This document shows positions 48,536-57,191 of a stretch of 64,000 nt of DNA, in pieces (within the stretch, counting starts at the first letter, position 1; every line of letters begins with the position of its first letter). A program made the position numbers and the translations under genes. This stretch comes from Candidatus Lustribacter sp. (GTDB taxonomy: Bacteria > Vulcanimicrobiota > Vulcanimicrobiia > Vulcanimicrobiales > Vulcanimicrobiaceae): positions 4,256,001-4,320,000 of the forward strand of contig OZ255842.1 of NCBI GenBank assembly GCA_965277805.1, read 5' to 3'. Below the pieces are notes generated by a model. That model was not told the DNA's origin. It saw only the letters and a list, made by a program, of their open reading frames with translations, and ran no database searches.

Positions 48536-49299
48536 TCCATCCGAGTGCCATCGTGCACCCCTCGGCGAATCTCGCGAAGGGCGTGGAAGTCGGTCCGTAT
48601 TGCATCGTCGGCGAACACGTCACGATCGGCGCGCGCTCGACCTTGCTCGCGCACGTGATCGTCAACGGCCACACGACGATCGGCGAAGACGTGATCGTGC
48701 ATCCGTTCGCTTCAATCGGCGCGACCTCGCAGGATCGCAAGGCGGCCGGCGAGATCTCGTATACGAAGATCGGCAACCGCACGATCATCCGCGAATACGC
48801 ATCGATCCACCGCGCGACCGGCCCCGGAAAGTCGACCGTGATCGGCGACGATTGCCTGTTGCTCGCCTACACCCACGTCGCGCACAATTGCACCATCGGC
48901 AACGACGTGACGATGTCGAATCTGGCGCAAGTCGCGGGCCAAGTCGTCGTTGAGGACCACGCCGGCCTTGGCGGGATGGTCGGGGTGCATCAGGACGTGC
49001 GTATCGGCGCGTACGCGTTCGTCGGCGGCATGGCGCGCATCGTGCGCGACGTCCCGCCGTACTTTCTGGCCGAGGGCAACCCGGCCGAAGTGCACGGGCT
49101 CAACAGCGTCGGGTTGCGCCGGCGCAACTTCACCTCCGATACGATCGCCGAGTTGAAGAACGCCTACAAGCTGATCTACCGCTCCGGCAACAACATGCGT
49201 CAGGCGATCGAACTGCTGCGCTCCGAGGTCAGCAGCGACGCCGGCCGCCACCTCCTCGCGTTTCTCGAGGCTCCGTCGGAACGCGGCATTTTGAAATGA
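48532..49299 (+). CDS. lpxA: UDP-N-acetylglucosamine acyltransferase
   Basis: IHPSAIV hexapeptides, QD-K, IREYASIHRAT, HVAHNC, VHQ, DVPPY, GLNSVGLRR. Confidence 0.96.
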   Translation: MIHPSAIVHPSANLAKGVEVGPYCIVGEHVTIGARSTLLAHVIVNGHTTIGEDVIVHPFASIGATSQDRKAAGEISYTKIGNRTIIREYASIHRATGPGKSTVIGDDCLLLAYTHVAHNCTIGNDVTMSNLAQVAGQVVVEDHAGLGGMVGVHQDVRIGAYAFVGGMARIVRDVPPYFLAEGNPAEVHGLNSVGLRRRNFTSDTIAELKNAYKLIYRSGNNMRQAIELLRSEVSSDAGRHLLAFLEAPSERGILK

Positions 49300-50417
49300 C
49301 GGCCGCGCCGGTGCGCGTGTTCGTCAGCACGGGTGAAGCGTCGGGCGAACTGCTGGCCGCCGATCTCATCGGCGCCATGCGCGCGTGCGGCGCGAACGTC
49401 GATGCCGACGGCATCGGCGGCGAACGCCTCGAGGCCGCCGGCGTGCGCCTCACCCAGCGCAGCGCCGGCTGGGCATCGATGGGACCGCTGGATGCGATCG
49501 GCAAGATTCCCAAACTCTTGGCCGTTGCGTTGCGCACGGCGGCGGCGTTGCGCGCGCATCCGCGCGACCTCATCGTGCTGGTCGATTTCGGCGCCTTCAA
49601 CCTGCGTCTCGCGCGCATGATCCGCACGCTCGGCACGACGACGCCGATCATGTATTATTTTCCGCCCGGCGCGTGGCTCGACAATCCGGGCCGCGCTCGA
49701 ACAGTGGCGGAACTGTGCGATCCGGTGACCGCGTTCGTCCACCAGCGCGACTTCTATCAGTCGCTCGGATTGCCGATCAGCTATCACGGTCATCCGCTCG
49801 TCTCGACGATGCTGCCGCGCCCGTTGCGGGCGGCGCCGCCCCCCGGCGGCGGGGTTGTCGCGCTCTTGCCCGGCAGCCGTCCGGGCGAAATCGCGCGCCA
49901 CACGCCGCGTTTGCTCAACGCGCTCGCGCTGTTGCGCGAACGCCGCCCGGAGATCACGGCGGTGCTCGCCGCGGCCGACTCGGCGGCCTACGCCGCGTTC
50001 GAAGAACTGTTGCGTTTGCGCTCGCCGCTGCCGGTGGAACTCGTACGCTCGGCGCGCGAAGCGCTGGTGCGCTGCGATGCGGCCGCGGTTGCGTCGGGAA
50101 CCGCCGTGCTCGAAGCGGCGCTGCTCGAAGTTCCGTCGATCGCGCTCTACGTACTCTCGGAAGCGACCGCGAAAGTCGCGCGCCGCGTGTATCACCGGCC
50201 CTATGTCACGTTGCCGAACCTCGTGCTGGACGAAGCGGTCGTGCCGGAACTCTTGCAAGACGATGCCACGCCGCAGGCGCTGGCCGATGCACTCGGGCGC
50301 GCGCTCGACGCGCCGGATGCGCAGCTCGCGGGCTTCCGCCGTCTGCGCGAAGCGCTCGGTCCGCCGGATGCGCTCGAACGCTGCGCGCGCTTTGCGTTGC
50401 GGTTGGCCGGACGATGA
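49296..50417 (+). CDS. lpxB: Lipid-A-disaccharide synthase
   Basis: TGEASG, DFGAFN, YYFPP-AW, GHPL, LLPGSRPGE, ASGTAVLE, LPNL, VPELLQ. Confidence 0.93.
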   Translation: MTAAPVRVFVSTGEASGELLAADLIGAMRACGANVDADGIGGERLEAAGVRLTQRSAGWASMGPLDAIGKIPKLLAVALRTAAALRAHPRDLIVLVDFGAFNLRLARMIRTLGTTTPIMYYFPPGAWLDNPGRARTVAELCDPVTAFVHQRDFYQSLGLPISYHGHPLVSTMLPRPLRAAPPPGGGVVALLPGSRPGEIARHTPRLLNALALLRERRPEITAVLAAADSAAYAAFEELLRLRSPLPVELVRSAREALVRCDAAAVASGTAVLEAALLEVPSIALYVLSEATAKVARRVYHRPYVTLPNLVLDEAVVPELLQDDATPQALADALGRALDAPDAQLAGFRRLREALGPPDALERCARFALRLAGR

Positions 50418-51130
50418 TCCGCATCTATCACACGAGCGACCTGCACGACCACCGGCACTTCGCCGCCCCGCTGCGACGTTTGCGCGCCGAGCGGCCCGGC
50501 TTGCTGGTCGATTGCGGCGACTCGCTGCGCGGTTCGCAAACGGTGTACCGCGGGCGCGAACCGATCGTCGACGAACTCGATGCGGCCGGGTACGACGTCA
50601 CGGCCATGGGCAATCGCGAATTCCATTACCTGTTCGGTTTGGTCGGCCGCCGGCTGCGCAAGATGCATCATCCGGTGGTGTGCGCGAACTTGGTCGACGT
50701 GCGCGGCCGTGCGCTGCCCTTTGCTTCGGACGCGCTGGTGCGCGCGAACGACGGTGAGGCGGTGCGCTTCTTCGGTTTGCTCGTGCCGCAGTATCCCGCC
50801 GGTTCGCGCTGGGAGCGCATCTTCGGCTGGCGTTTTCTCGACCCGGTGACGGTCGCAACGGAGATCGTGCGCACGACGCCGCGCGGCGTGACGCTCGTGG
50901 CGCTCTCGCACCTGGGCTTGCGCGCCGATCGCGAACTCGCGCAGGCCGCGGGCGGCATCGACGTGATCCTCGGCGGTCATTCGCACGACACGCTGCCCGA
51001 ACCCGAAGTGGTCAACGGCGTGCCGATCGTGCACGCGGGACCGTACGGCGCGTTTGCATCGTGCACCGAACTCGTGCGCGACGGCGATCGCGCGCGCATC
51101 GCGAATTTCGCGCTGCTTCCGCTGACGTGA
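50414..51130 (+). CDS. Calcineurin-like metallophosphoesterase (5'-nucleotidase N-terminal domain only)
   Basis: HTSDLH, DCGD, GNRE, LSHLG, ILGGHSH; ATG overlaps the lpxB stop; no signal peptide. Confidence 0.88.
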   Translation: MIRIYHTSDLHDHRHFAAPLRRLRAERPGLLVDCGDSLRGSQTVYRGREPIVDELDAAGYDVTAMGNREFHYLFGLVGRRLRKMHHPVVCANLVDVRGRALPFASDALVRANDGEAVRFFGLLVPQYPAGSRWERIFGWRFLDPVTVATEIVRTTPRGVTLVALSHLGLRADRELAQAAGGIDVILGGHSHDTLPEPEVVNGVPIVHAGPYGAFASCTELVRDGDRARIANFALLPLT

Positions 51131-52218
51131 GCGCCGCGATTCTCTTCGTGACCAACGGTCACGGCGAAGCATCGATTGCAGCGAAGATCGCGCGCGAGGT
51201 GCGCGCGCGCGCGCCGCTCGCGACCGAGCACCTGGCGCTGGTCGGCGAACGCTTCGGCGACGCGGATTTCCCCGACGTCGGACCGCAGCGCGCGATGCCC
51301 AGCGGCGGGCTCGTTGCGATGGGCAACGTTCGCGCCTTCGCCCGCGATCTCGGCGCGGGCTGGCTCGGCCTGTTCGCGGCGCAGTTGCGTTTTCTGGCCG
51401 GGGTGCGCGATCGCTACGCTGCCGTCGTCGCGGTCGGCGATGCGTATGCCGCCGCGCTCGTGCGCATCGCACGCCGGCCGTGGATCTTCGTCGGCACCGC
51501 CAAGAGCGCGTACGTGGCGCCGTATTCCGGCATCGAGCGGGAGATCATCGCGCCGGCCGCGCGGCTGTTCGTACGCGACGCAGCGACGGCGGACGTCTTG
51601 CGCCGGCACGGTCTGCGCGCCGAGGCGCCGGGCAACGTCATCGTCGATCTGCTGGCGGAAGATCGCCGTTACGCGTGGCCGGCTCCGGTGCGCATCGCGG
51701 TTCTGCCCGGCAGCCGCGAGCGCGCGTACGGCGACGCCGAACGGATCGCAACGATCGTCGACCGCGTGGCCGAACGCGTGCCCGGCGTGGCCGCCGTGCT
51801 TTCACTTGCGCCGACGCTCGAACGCGCGCGCTTCGCGCCGCTGCTCGAACGCCATCCCGCACTCGCCGTCTGGAGCGACGGCATCGGCGGCATCCTCGCC
51901 GGCGCGACGCTCGCGATCGGCCAAGCCGGTACCGCGAACGAAGCAGCAGCCGCCAGCGGCGTCCCGGTCGTCGCGCTCGATCTCAGCGACGATCGGCGCA
52001 GCGACTGGTACCGCATGCGTCAAGAACGTTTGCTCGCCGCGGGGATGCTGATCGTCCCCGGCGATCCGGCCGCGGCCGCCGACGTAATCGTCGCGCTGCT
52101 CGGCGATCCCGCGCGTTTGGCGCGGATGGGAGCGGCCGGCCGCGAACGCATGGGATCCGCGGGCGGCGCGGCCGCGATCGCGCAGGCGATCGTGCAACTC
52201 GCCGGAGCGCCGGCGTGA
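51127..52218 (+). CDS. Lipid-A-disaccharide synthase-related GT-B protein (TIGR03492-like)
   Basis: TNGHGE, MPSGG, FVGTAKS, FVRD, LPGSR, AGTANE, GRERMG; GTG start overlaps the upstream stop. Confidence 0.8.
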   Translation: MSAAILFVTNGHGEASIAAKIAREVRARAPLATEHLALVGERFGDADFPDVGPQRAMPSGGLVAMGNVRAFARDLGAGWLGLFAAQLRFLAGVRDRYAAVVAVGDAYAAALVRIARRPWIFVGTAKSAYVAPYSGIEREIIAPAARLFVRDAATADVLRRHGLRAEAPGNVIVDLLAEDRRYAWPAPVRIAVLPGSRERAYGDAERIATIVDRVAERVPGVAAVLSLAPTLERARFAPLLERHPALAVWSDGIGGILAGATLAIGQAGTANEAAAASGVPVVALDLSDDRRSDWYRMRQERLLAAGMLIVPGDPAAAADVIVALLGDPARLARMGAAGRERMGSAGGAAAIAQAIVQLAGAPA

Positions 52219-53432
52219 GCGCGGCCGATCGCACCGTCGTCGCGGCGATCGCGTTCATGTACGTCGCGATCCCGCTCTACGGCACGTTCGAAGTGCTCGA
52301 TCCGGTGCGGCTGCCGATCCCGGCGCTGGTCGGCGCGCACGGCGCGATCGCGATCGCGCTGGCCATGCTGGCTGCCGCGACGATCTGCGCGTGGGGTGCG
52401 TTCCGCCGTCCGGCGCCGCGGCGCATCGTGCTCGCGCAACTGCTGGCCGGCGTCGCGATCGTCCCCGGTGCGCTGCTGGGCTTCGATCCGCAGACCGGGC
52501 TCGAACTCGCGCTGATCGTGCTGGCGATGGGCGTCGTCGGCGTGGCGCTCTACGGCTATGCGCAACTGCCGGGCGTGACGCGCACGATCGTGATCGCCTG
52601 GCTCGCATCGGCGGCGCTCGCGACGGTGACCGCGCTCGCGATGGTCGCGCTGCGCAAGCCCGCGGCGCTCTATGCATACAACAACGGGCGCGCGGTGGGC
52701 ACGTTCCTCAACCCGAACGAACTCGCGGCGTATCTGCTGGTGGTCCTCGGCCTCGCCGCCGGCGTCGCGTGTTACGCGCGCAGCGCGCCCTTGCGGCTGC
52801 TCGCCGGCGTAACGCTGGTTGCGGGCCTCGCCGGTCTCGCGGCGACGTATTCGCGTTGGGGTTTGCTCTCCGCTGCGGCCGGAATGCTGTTTTTCGCCAT
52901 CCTGGCGCGCAACCGGCGGATCTGGGCCGGTCTCGCGGTGGTGGTGCTGGCGGCTTTCGTGCTCGTGCTGGGCCCGGGGGCGGCGCATCACAATCCGCGC
53001 GACGACACCTCGCGCATCATCGCCTTTCAGACCGGCGTGCGGACGTGGCTTGCGTTCCCGCTTACCGGCGTTGGTCCGTTCGCTTACCGCCGCACCTACG
53101 AGGTGCTGCGGCCGCCGGAAGCGCCGGGTGGCGAAGCGCCGGTGGCCTTCGATCCGCACAGCCTGCCGCTGGCGTATCTCGACGAGTCGGGCCTGATCGG
53201 GTTCGGGGCGCTCTTGTGGTGCTGGTCGGTGTACATCCGCGAGATACCGCGGGTGCTGCGCGCGGCCGATCCGCGACGGCGCGCGCTCGTGTACGCGGTG
53301 GCGGCCGGACTCGTCGCGCTCAACGTGCACGTCCTCGTGAACACGATCAGCATCTACTTCGCACTGGCCACGCAAGGCGCGGCGCTGGCGCTGGCACTGG
53401 CGCAACGGGATCTGGATGCGCCCGCGGCTTGA
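52215..53432 (+). CDS. O-antigen ligase family membrane protein
   Basis: Multi-TM; RAVGTFLNPNELAAYL, TYSRWG, SR...PLTGVG, H-S-L-E-GLIG. Confidence 0.85.
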   Translation: MSAADRTVVAAIAFMYVAIPLYGTFEVLDPVRLPIPALVGAHGAIAIALAMLAAATICAWGAFRRPAPRRIVLAQLLAGVAIVPGALLGFDPQTGLELALIVLAMGVVGVALYGYAQLPGVTRTIVIAWLASAALATVTALAMVALRKPAALYAYNNGRAVGTFLNPNELAAYLLVVLGLAAGVACYARSAPLRLLAGVTLVAGLAGLAATYSRWGLLSAAAGMLFFAILARNRRIWAGLAVVVLAAFVLVLGPGAAHHNPRDDTSRIIAFQTGVRTWLAFPLTGVGPFAYRRTYEVLRPPEAPGGEAPVAFDPHSLPLAYLDESGLIGFGALLWCWSVYIREIPRVLRAADPRRRALVYAVAAGLVALNVHVLVNTISIYFALATQGAALALALAQRDLDAPAA

Positions 53433-53970
53433 ACTGCTGGTTGCCGCCGCGCTGACCGCGTGCGCGCACCCCGCAGCCGGTCCGGCCCGCGCGCCGAGCG
53501 CCGCACCGGCCGCGACCGCGACGCCGTTGCCGCTGCACATTACGAGCTCCGGCGGAACCGGCCAATACACGACCCTGAGCGAGATGAAGCACCAGCGAAC
53601 GATCTACATCATCCGCGCAACGTCGTTCGCCGCCGACACCGCGACCGGGCGCACGCCGACCGGCAGCGGCACCTTCGTCCAGCCGCACATCACCTTCATC
53701 GACCGCGACGGCGCGCGCACGGTCGCCGATGCGCCGGAGGCCGTCTTGACGAGTGCCGATAAGAGCGTTCTCATGACGGGCGGAGTACACGCGCGATCGC
53801 AAGACGGCAACGTGTTGTCCTGCGATCGTCTGCGCTATGATGGGACTTCGGAGCGCATCCATGGCGACGGCAACGTGGTGATGACCACGCCCTCCGGCCT
53901 CGTGCTGGCCGGCGACGAGTTCGACGGCGACGCCCGCTTGCAGAACGTCCGGGTGTACCGCCGCAAATGA
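53416..53970 (+). CDS. lptC: LptC/LptA-like beta-jellyroll lipoprotein
   Basis: Lipobox LTAC; GGVHA...LSCDRLRYD...IHGDGNV strands; directly upstream of lptB. Confidence 0.7.
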   Translation: MRPRLELLVAAALTACAHPAAGPARAPSAAPAATATPLPLHITSSGGTGQYTTLSEMKHQRTIYIIRATSFAADTATGRTPTGSGTFVQPHITFIDRDGARTVADAPEAVLTSADKSVLMTGGVHARSQDGNVLSCDRLRYDGTSERIHGDGNVVMTTPSGLVLAGDEFDGDARLQNVRVYRRK

Positions 53971-54707
53971 TGCAAGACCGCATCGTAATGACCGACCTCG
54001 TGAAACGCTACGGCACGCGCACGGTGGTCAAGAGCGTCAGCGCCGACGTGCAGCGCGGCGAAGTCGTCGGCCTGCTCGGCCCCAACGGTGCCGGCAAGAC
54101 GACCACGTTCTACATGGTCGTCGGCTTAGTGCGCCCCGACAGCGGCAGCGTGACGCTCGAACGCGCGGGCGCCGGCCGCGACATCACGCTGGCACCGATG
54201 CACGAACGCGCGCGCGCCGGCATCGGCTACCTGGCGCAGGAAAACTCGATCTTCCGCAAGCTTTCGGTGGGCGATAACCTGCGCCTTATCTGGGAGATGA
54301 ACGGCGTCGACGAAGAAGAGCGCGAGCGTCGCCTGCCGGCGCTGCTCGGCGAGTTCGGTCTCGCCGACTTGGTCGACGCGCGCGGCGATTCGCTCTCGGG
54401 CGGCGAGCGGCGGCGCGTCGAGATCGCGCGTGCCATTGCGACCGAACCCGCGTTTCTGCTCTTGGACGAACCGTTCACCGGCATCGATCCGATCGCCGTG
54501 GCCGATATCCAAGCGATGATCCGGCAGTTGCGCGATCGCGGACTCGGCGTGCTGATCACCGATCACCAAGTGCGCGAAACGCTGGCGATCGTCGATCGCG
54601 CCTACATCCTCAACGAAGGCAAGATCGAAGTCTCCGGCACCGCCGACGATGTGCTGGCCTCGCCCGTCGCGCGGAAGTTCTACTTAGGCGAAGGCTTCCG
54701 GCTGTGA
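53967..54707 (+). CDS. lptB: LPS export ABC transporter ATPase
   Basis: GLLGPNGAGKTTTFYM, GIGYLAQE-SIFRKL, LSGGERRRVEIAR, LLDEPFTGIDPI, ITDH, YLGEGFRL. Confidence 0.96.
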   Translation: MMQDRIVMTDLVKRYGTRTVVKSVSADVQRGEVVGLLGPNGAGKTTTFYMVVGLVRPDSGSVTLERAGAGRDITLAPMHERARAGIGYLAQENSIFRKLSVGDNLRLIWEMNGVDEEERERRLPALLGEFGLADLVDARGDSLSGGERRRVEIARAIATEPAFLLLDEPFTGIDPIAVADIQAMIRQLRDRGLGVLITDHQVRETLAIVDRAYILNEGKIEVSGTADDVLASPVARKFYLGEGFRL

Positions 54708-55864
54708 GCACGCAGGCGCTGCGGCGCAACGCATCCGCGTTGCGCAACGAGCTCGAGCCGCTGCGCGTCACGATTCTCGACCGCTATCTCGTGGCCGAAC
54801 TCGGCGGTCCGGCGCTCTTCGGTGCGGCGGCGTTCACGCTGATCTTCGTTGCGACGCAATTTCTCGCGATCGGCCGGCTCGTCTCGCAGCAGAACGTTCC
54901 GCTCTTGGTCGCGATCGAATATTTTCTGTGGGAGATGCCGGCCTATCTGCTCGACGTCGTGCCGATGGCAATGCTGTTCGGCACGCTGCTCTCGATCGGC
55001 CGGCTCTCCAGCGAGAGCGAGATCACGGCGCTCAAAGCCGGCGGCATCTCGCTGATCCGGATGTTTTTGCCGCTGGCCGTGGTGGGGCTCGTCGTCTCGT
55101 TCGCGGCTCTGATCGTGCAAGAAGCGCTCGTGCCGCTGGCCAACGATCAGGCCGCCTATCTGCAAGAAACCGCCATCGAACACGTGTCGCCCGCGGCCTC
55201 GAATCTCTCGGCCGTGACGAACCTTGCCGGCGGCGGCAAACAGGTGACGATTGCGGGCGGCCTCGACGCAGCCACGCAAACGCTGCTCAACGTCACCGTG
55301 CTGCGGTACGATTCCAAGCAAACGATCCAGGAGATGATCGTCAGCAAACGCGCCCGCTACAATGCGCCGAACTGGCAATTTCAGGACGCGACGACCTACC
55401 ATTTCTCCGACGGCGACGTCTCGGACAAGATGGTCACCCCCGGCACGCTTTCGGTCGACATCGGCGAGCGTCCGAGCGAAATGGCCAAGCACACGCTCCA
55501 AGCGAACGATCCTGAGAATCTCTCGCGCAGCGAGATCAAGAACGCGCTCGATAACGTGAACCTGAGCGAATCGCAGCGCAAGCTCTTCACCGCGACCTAC
55601 GCAGCCAAGCTTGCTCGCCCGTTCGCCTCGCTCGTCTTCGTGCTGTTTGCGTTTCCGCTCGGAATGCGGCGCATTCGCGGCGGCGGCGCCGCGCTCGGCT
55701 TTGGGCTTGCGCTGCTGATCGTGTTCGTCTACTACGTGATCACGACGATCGCGCTGTCGATCGGCAGTTTGGCGTTGCCGCTCGCCGGGATTGCGGCTTG
55801 GACGCCGAACGCTCTGTTCAGCTTGATCGGACTGTGGCTTTTGCGCCGGGCGTCGGCGATATGA
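54704..55864 (+). CDS. LptF/LptG family LPS export permease
   Basis: ILDRYL, PMAMLFGTLL-GRLS-ESEITALKAGGIS, periplasmic domain, AAWTPN. Confidence 0.92.
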   Translation: MSTQALRRNASALRNELEPLRVTILDRYLVAELGGPALFGAAAFTLIFVATQFLAIGRLVSQQNVPLLVAIEYFLWEMPAYLLDVVPMAMLFGTLLSIGRLSSESEITALKAGGISLIRMFLPLAVVGLVVSFAALIVQEALVPLANDQAAYLQETAIEHVSPAASNLSAVTNLAGGGKQVTIAGGLDAATQTLLNVTVLRYDSKQTIQEMIVSKRARYNAPNWQFQDATTYHFSDGDVSDKMVTPGTLSVDIGERPSEMAKHTLQANDPENLSRSEIKNALDNVNLSESQRKLFTATYAAKLARPFASLVFVLFAFPLGMRRIRGGGAALGFGLALLIVFVYYVITTIALSIGSLALPLAGIAAWTPNALFSLIGLWLLRRASAI

Positions 55865-56799
55865 TCAGCGGCCTGCTGGTCGTACTCAGCATCATCGTGC
55901 TCGCCGGCGGCGTCGCATACGTCGGCGATCGCGTCGGTCATCAAGTCGGCCGCAAGCGGCTGACGCTCTTTGGTCTGCGCCCGAAGTACACGTCGACGAT
56001 CGTCGCCGTCGGGACCGGGATGTTGATCGCGCTGATCGTAACGCTCGGCGCGCTGGCCGCATCGAGCTACGTGCGCGATGCGTTCTTCCGTTCGGGCCGG
56101 CTGCTGGTGCGCATCAACGAGCTGCAAGCGCAAGAACTCGCGCAAGAGAAAGAGCTGCAGCAAACGCGCGGCGGCAGCCTCGCCGTGCCCAAGCTCACGT
56201 TGATTGCCAACCGCGCCTGGACGTTCGATCTGTCCCGGAGCGACGCCGACCAAATCGACGCGTTCAGCAGCTTCTTCGATACGGTCGTCGGCATCGCCAA
56301 CGCGCAGTTCGCGACCTCGGCGATCGGCCTGCGGCCGTACACGCACAAATCGTCCGAACCGGCGATCCACGCCGAGCTGCTCGAGCAGCTGGCGACGACG
56401 CGCGAGCACACCTCGGATCAGCATGCGCTGATCTTGTTCTTGCCGGTGGCCTCGCAGAATCTGTTCCGGGGCGAGGTGATCTCGTTTTCATTTGAGGCTT
56501 TCGAAGACAAGAAACTCGCTTCGGCCGGCGAGACGCTGGCCTCGATCGACATCGCGGGCGGAACGCCCAACGTCGACATCGGTGCGCTCGTGCTGCGCGT
56601 GCAGCAGACGCTCGCATCGCGCGACTACCCGCCGCAGTTCCTCTACCCGCCGTTGATCAACAGCGCGCAGGTGCAAGCCGTGACGAGTCAGATCCCGCAC
56701 TTGCGCGGCCACTACCGGCTGATCGCGAAGACGCCGGCCGACCTGTACCCGCACAGCGGCCCGTTTCAGATCGACGTTGAGCTCGAGCCGACCCGCTGA
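55861..56799 (+). CDS. DUF3084-like membrane protein
   Basis: GGVAYVGDRVGHQVGRKRLTLFGLRPKYT N-terminal signature; ATG overlaps the upstream stop. Confidence 0.82.
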   Translation: MISGLLVVLSIIVLAGGVAYVGDRVGHQVGRKRLTLFGLRPKYTSTIVAVGTGMLIALIVTLGALAASSYVRDAFFRSGRLLVRINELQAQELAQEKELQQTRGGSLAVPKLTLIANRAWTFDLSRSDADQIDAFSSFFDTVVGIANAQFATSAIGLRPYTHKSSEPAIHAELLEQLATTREHTSDQHALILFLPVASQNLFRGEVISFSFEAFEDKKLASAGETLASIDIAGGTPNVDIGALVLRVQQTLASRDYPPQFLYPPLINSAQVQAVTSQIPHLRGHYRLIAKTPADLYPHSGPFQIDVELEPTR

Positions 56800-57191
56800 T
56801 GCTGCTCGGCGTCGATCCCGGCACGCGCAAGTGCGGGTACGCGATCATCGAACGGCTCGGCGCGCAGCCGCTCGCGCTCGGGATCGCGCCGTTGGCTGAG
56901 TTCGGCGCGCGCCTGACCGCGCTGCGCGCCGATTTCCCGATCGACATGGTCGCGATCGGCCACGGCACGAACGCCGGCGTCGTGTCGGCCGTGGTCAAAG
57001 AAGCGGGCCTGCCGTTCGCGCTGGTCGACGAGCGCGAGACGACGCTGCGCGCGCGGGCCCGTTTCTTCGCCGACCATCCGCCGCGCGGCTGGCGGCGCCT
57101 CATTCCTCGCGGTATGCTGCTCCCCGACCGGCCGATCGACGATTACGCGGCGCTGCTGATCGCCGAGCGGTACCTCCGTCTGGCGGTATAG
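56799..57191 (+). CDS. YqgF/RuvX-like RNase H-fold nuclease
   Basis: LGVDPGTRKCG, IGHGT, VDERETT, PIDDYAA-LIAERYL. Confidence 0.85.
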   Translation: MLLGVDPGTRKCGYAIIERLGAQPLALGIAPLAEFGARLTALRADFPIDMVAIGHGTNAGVVSAVVKEAGLPFALVDERETTLRARARFFADHPPRGWRRLIPRGMLLPDRPIDDYAALLIAERYLRLAV

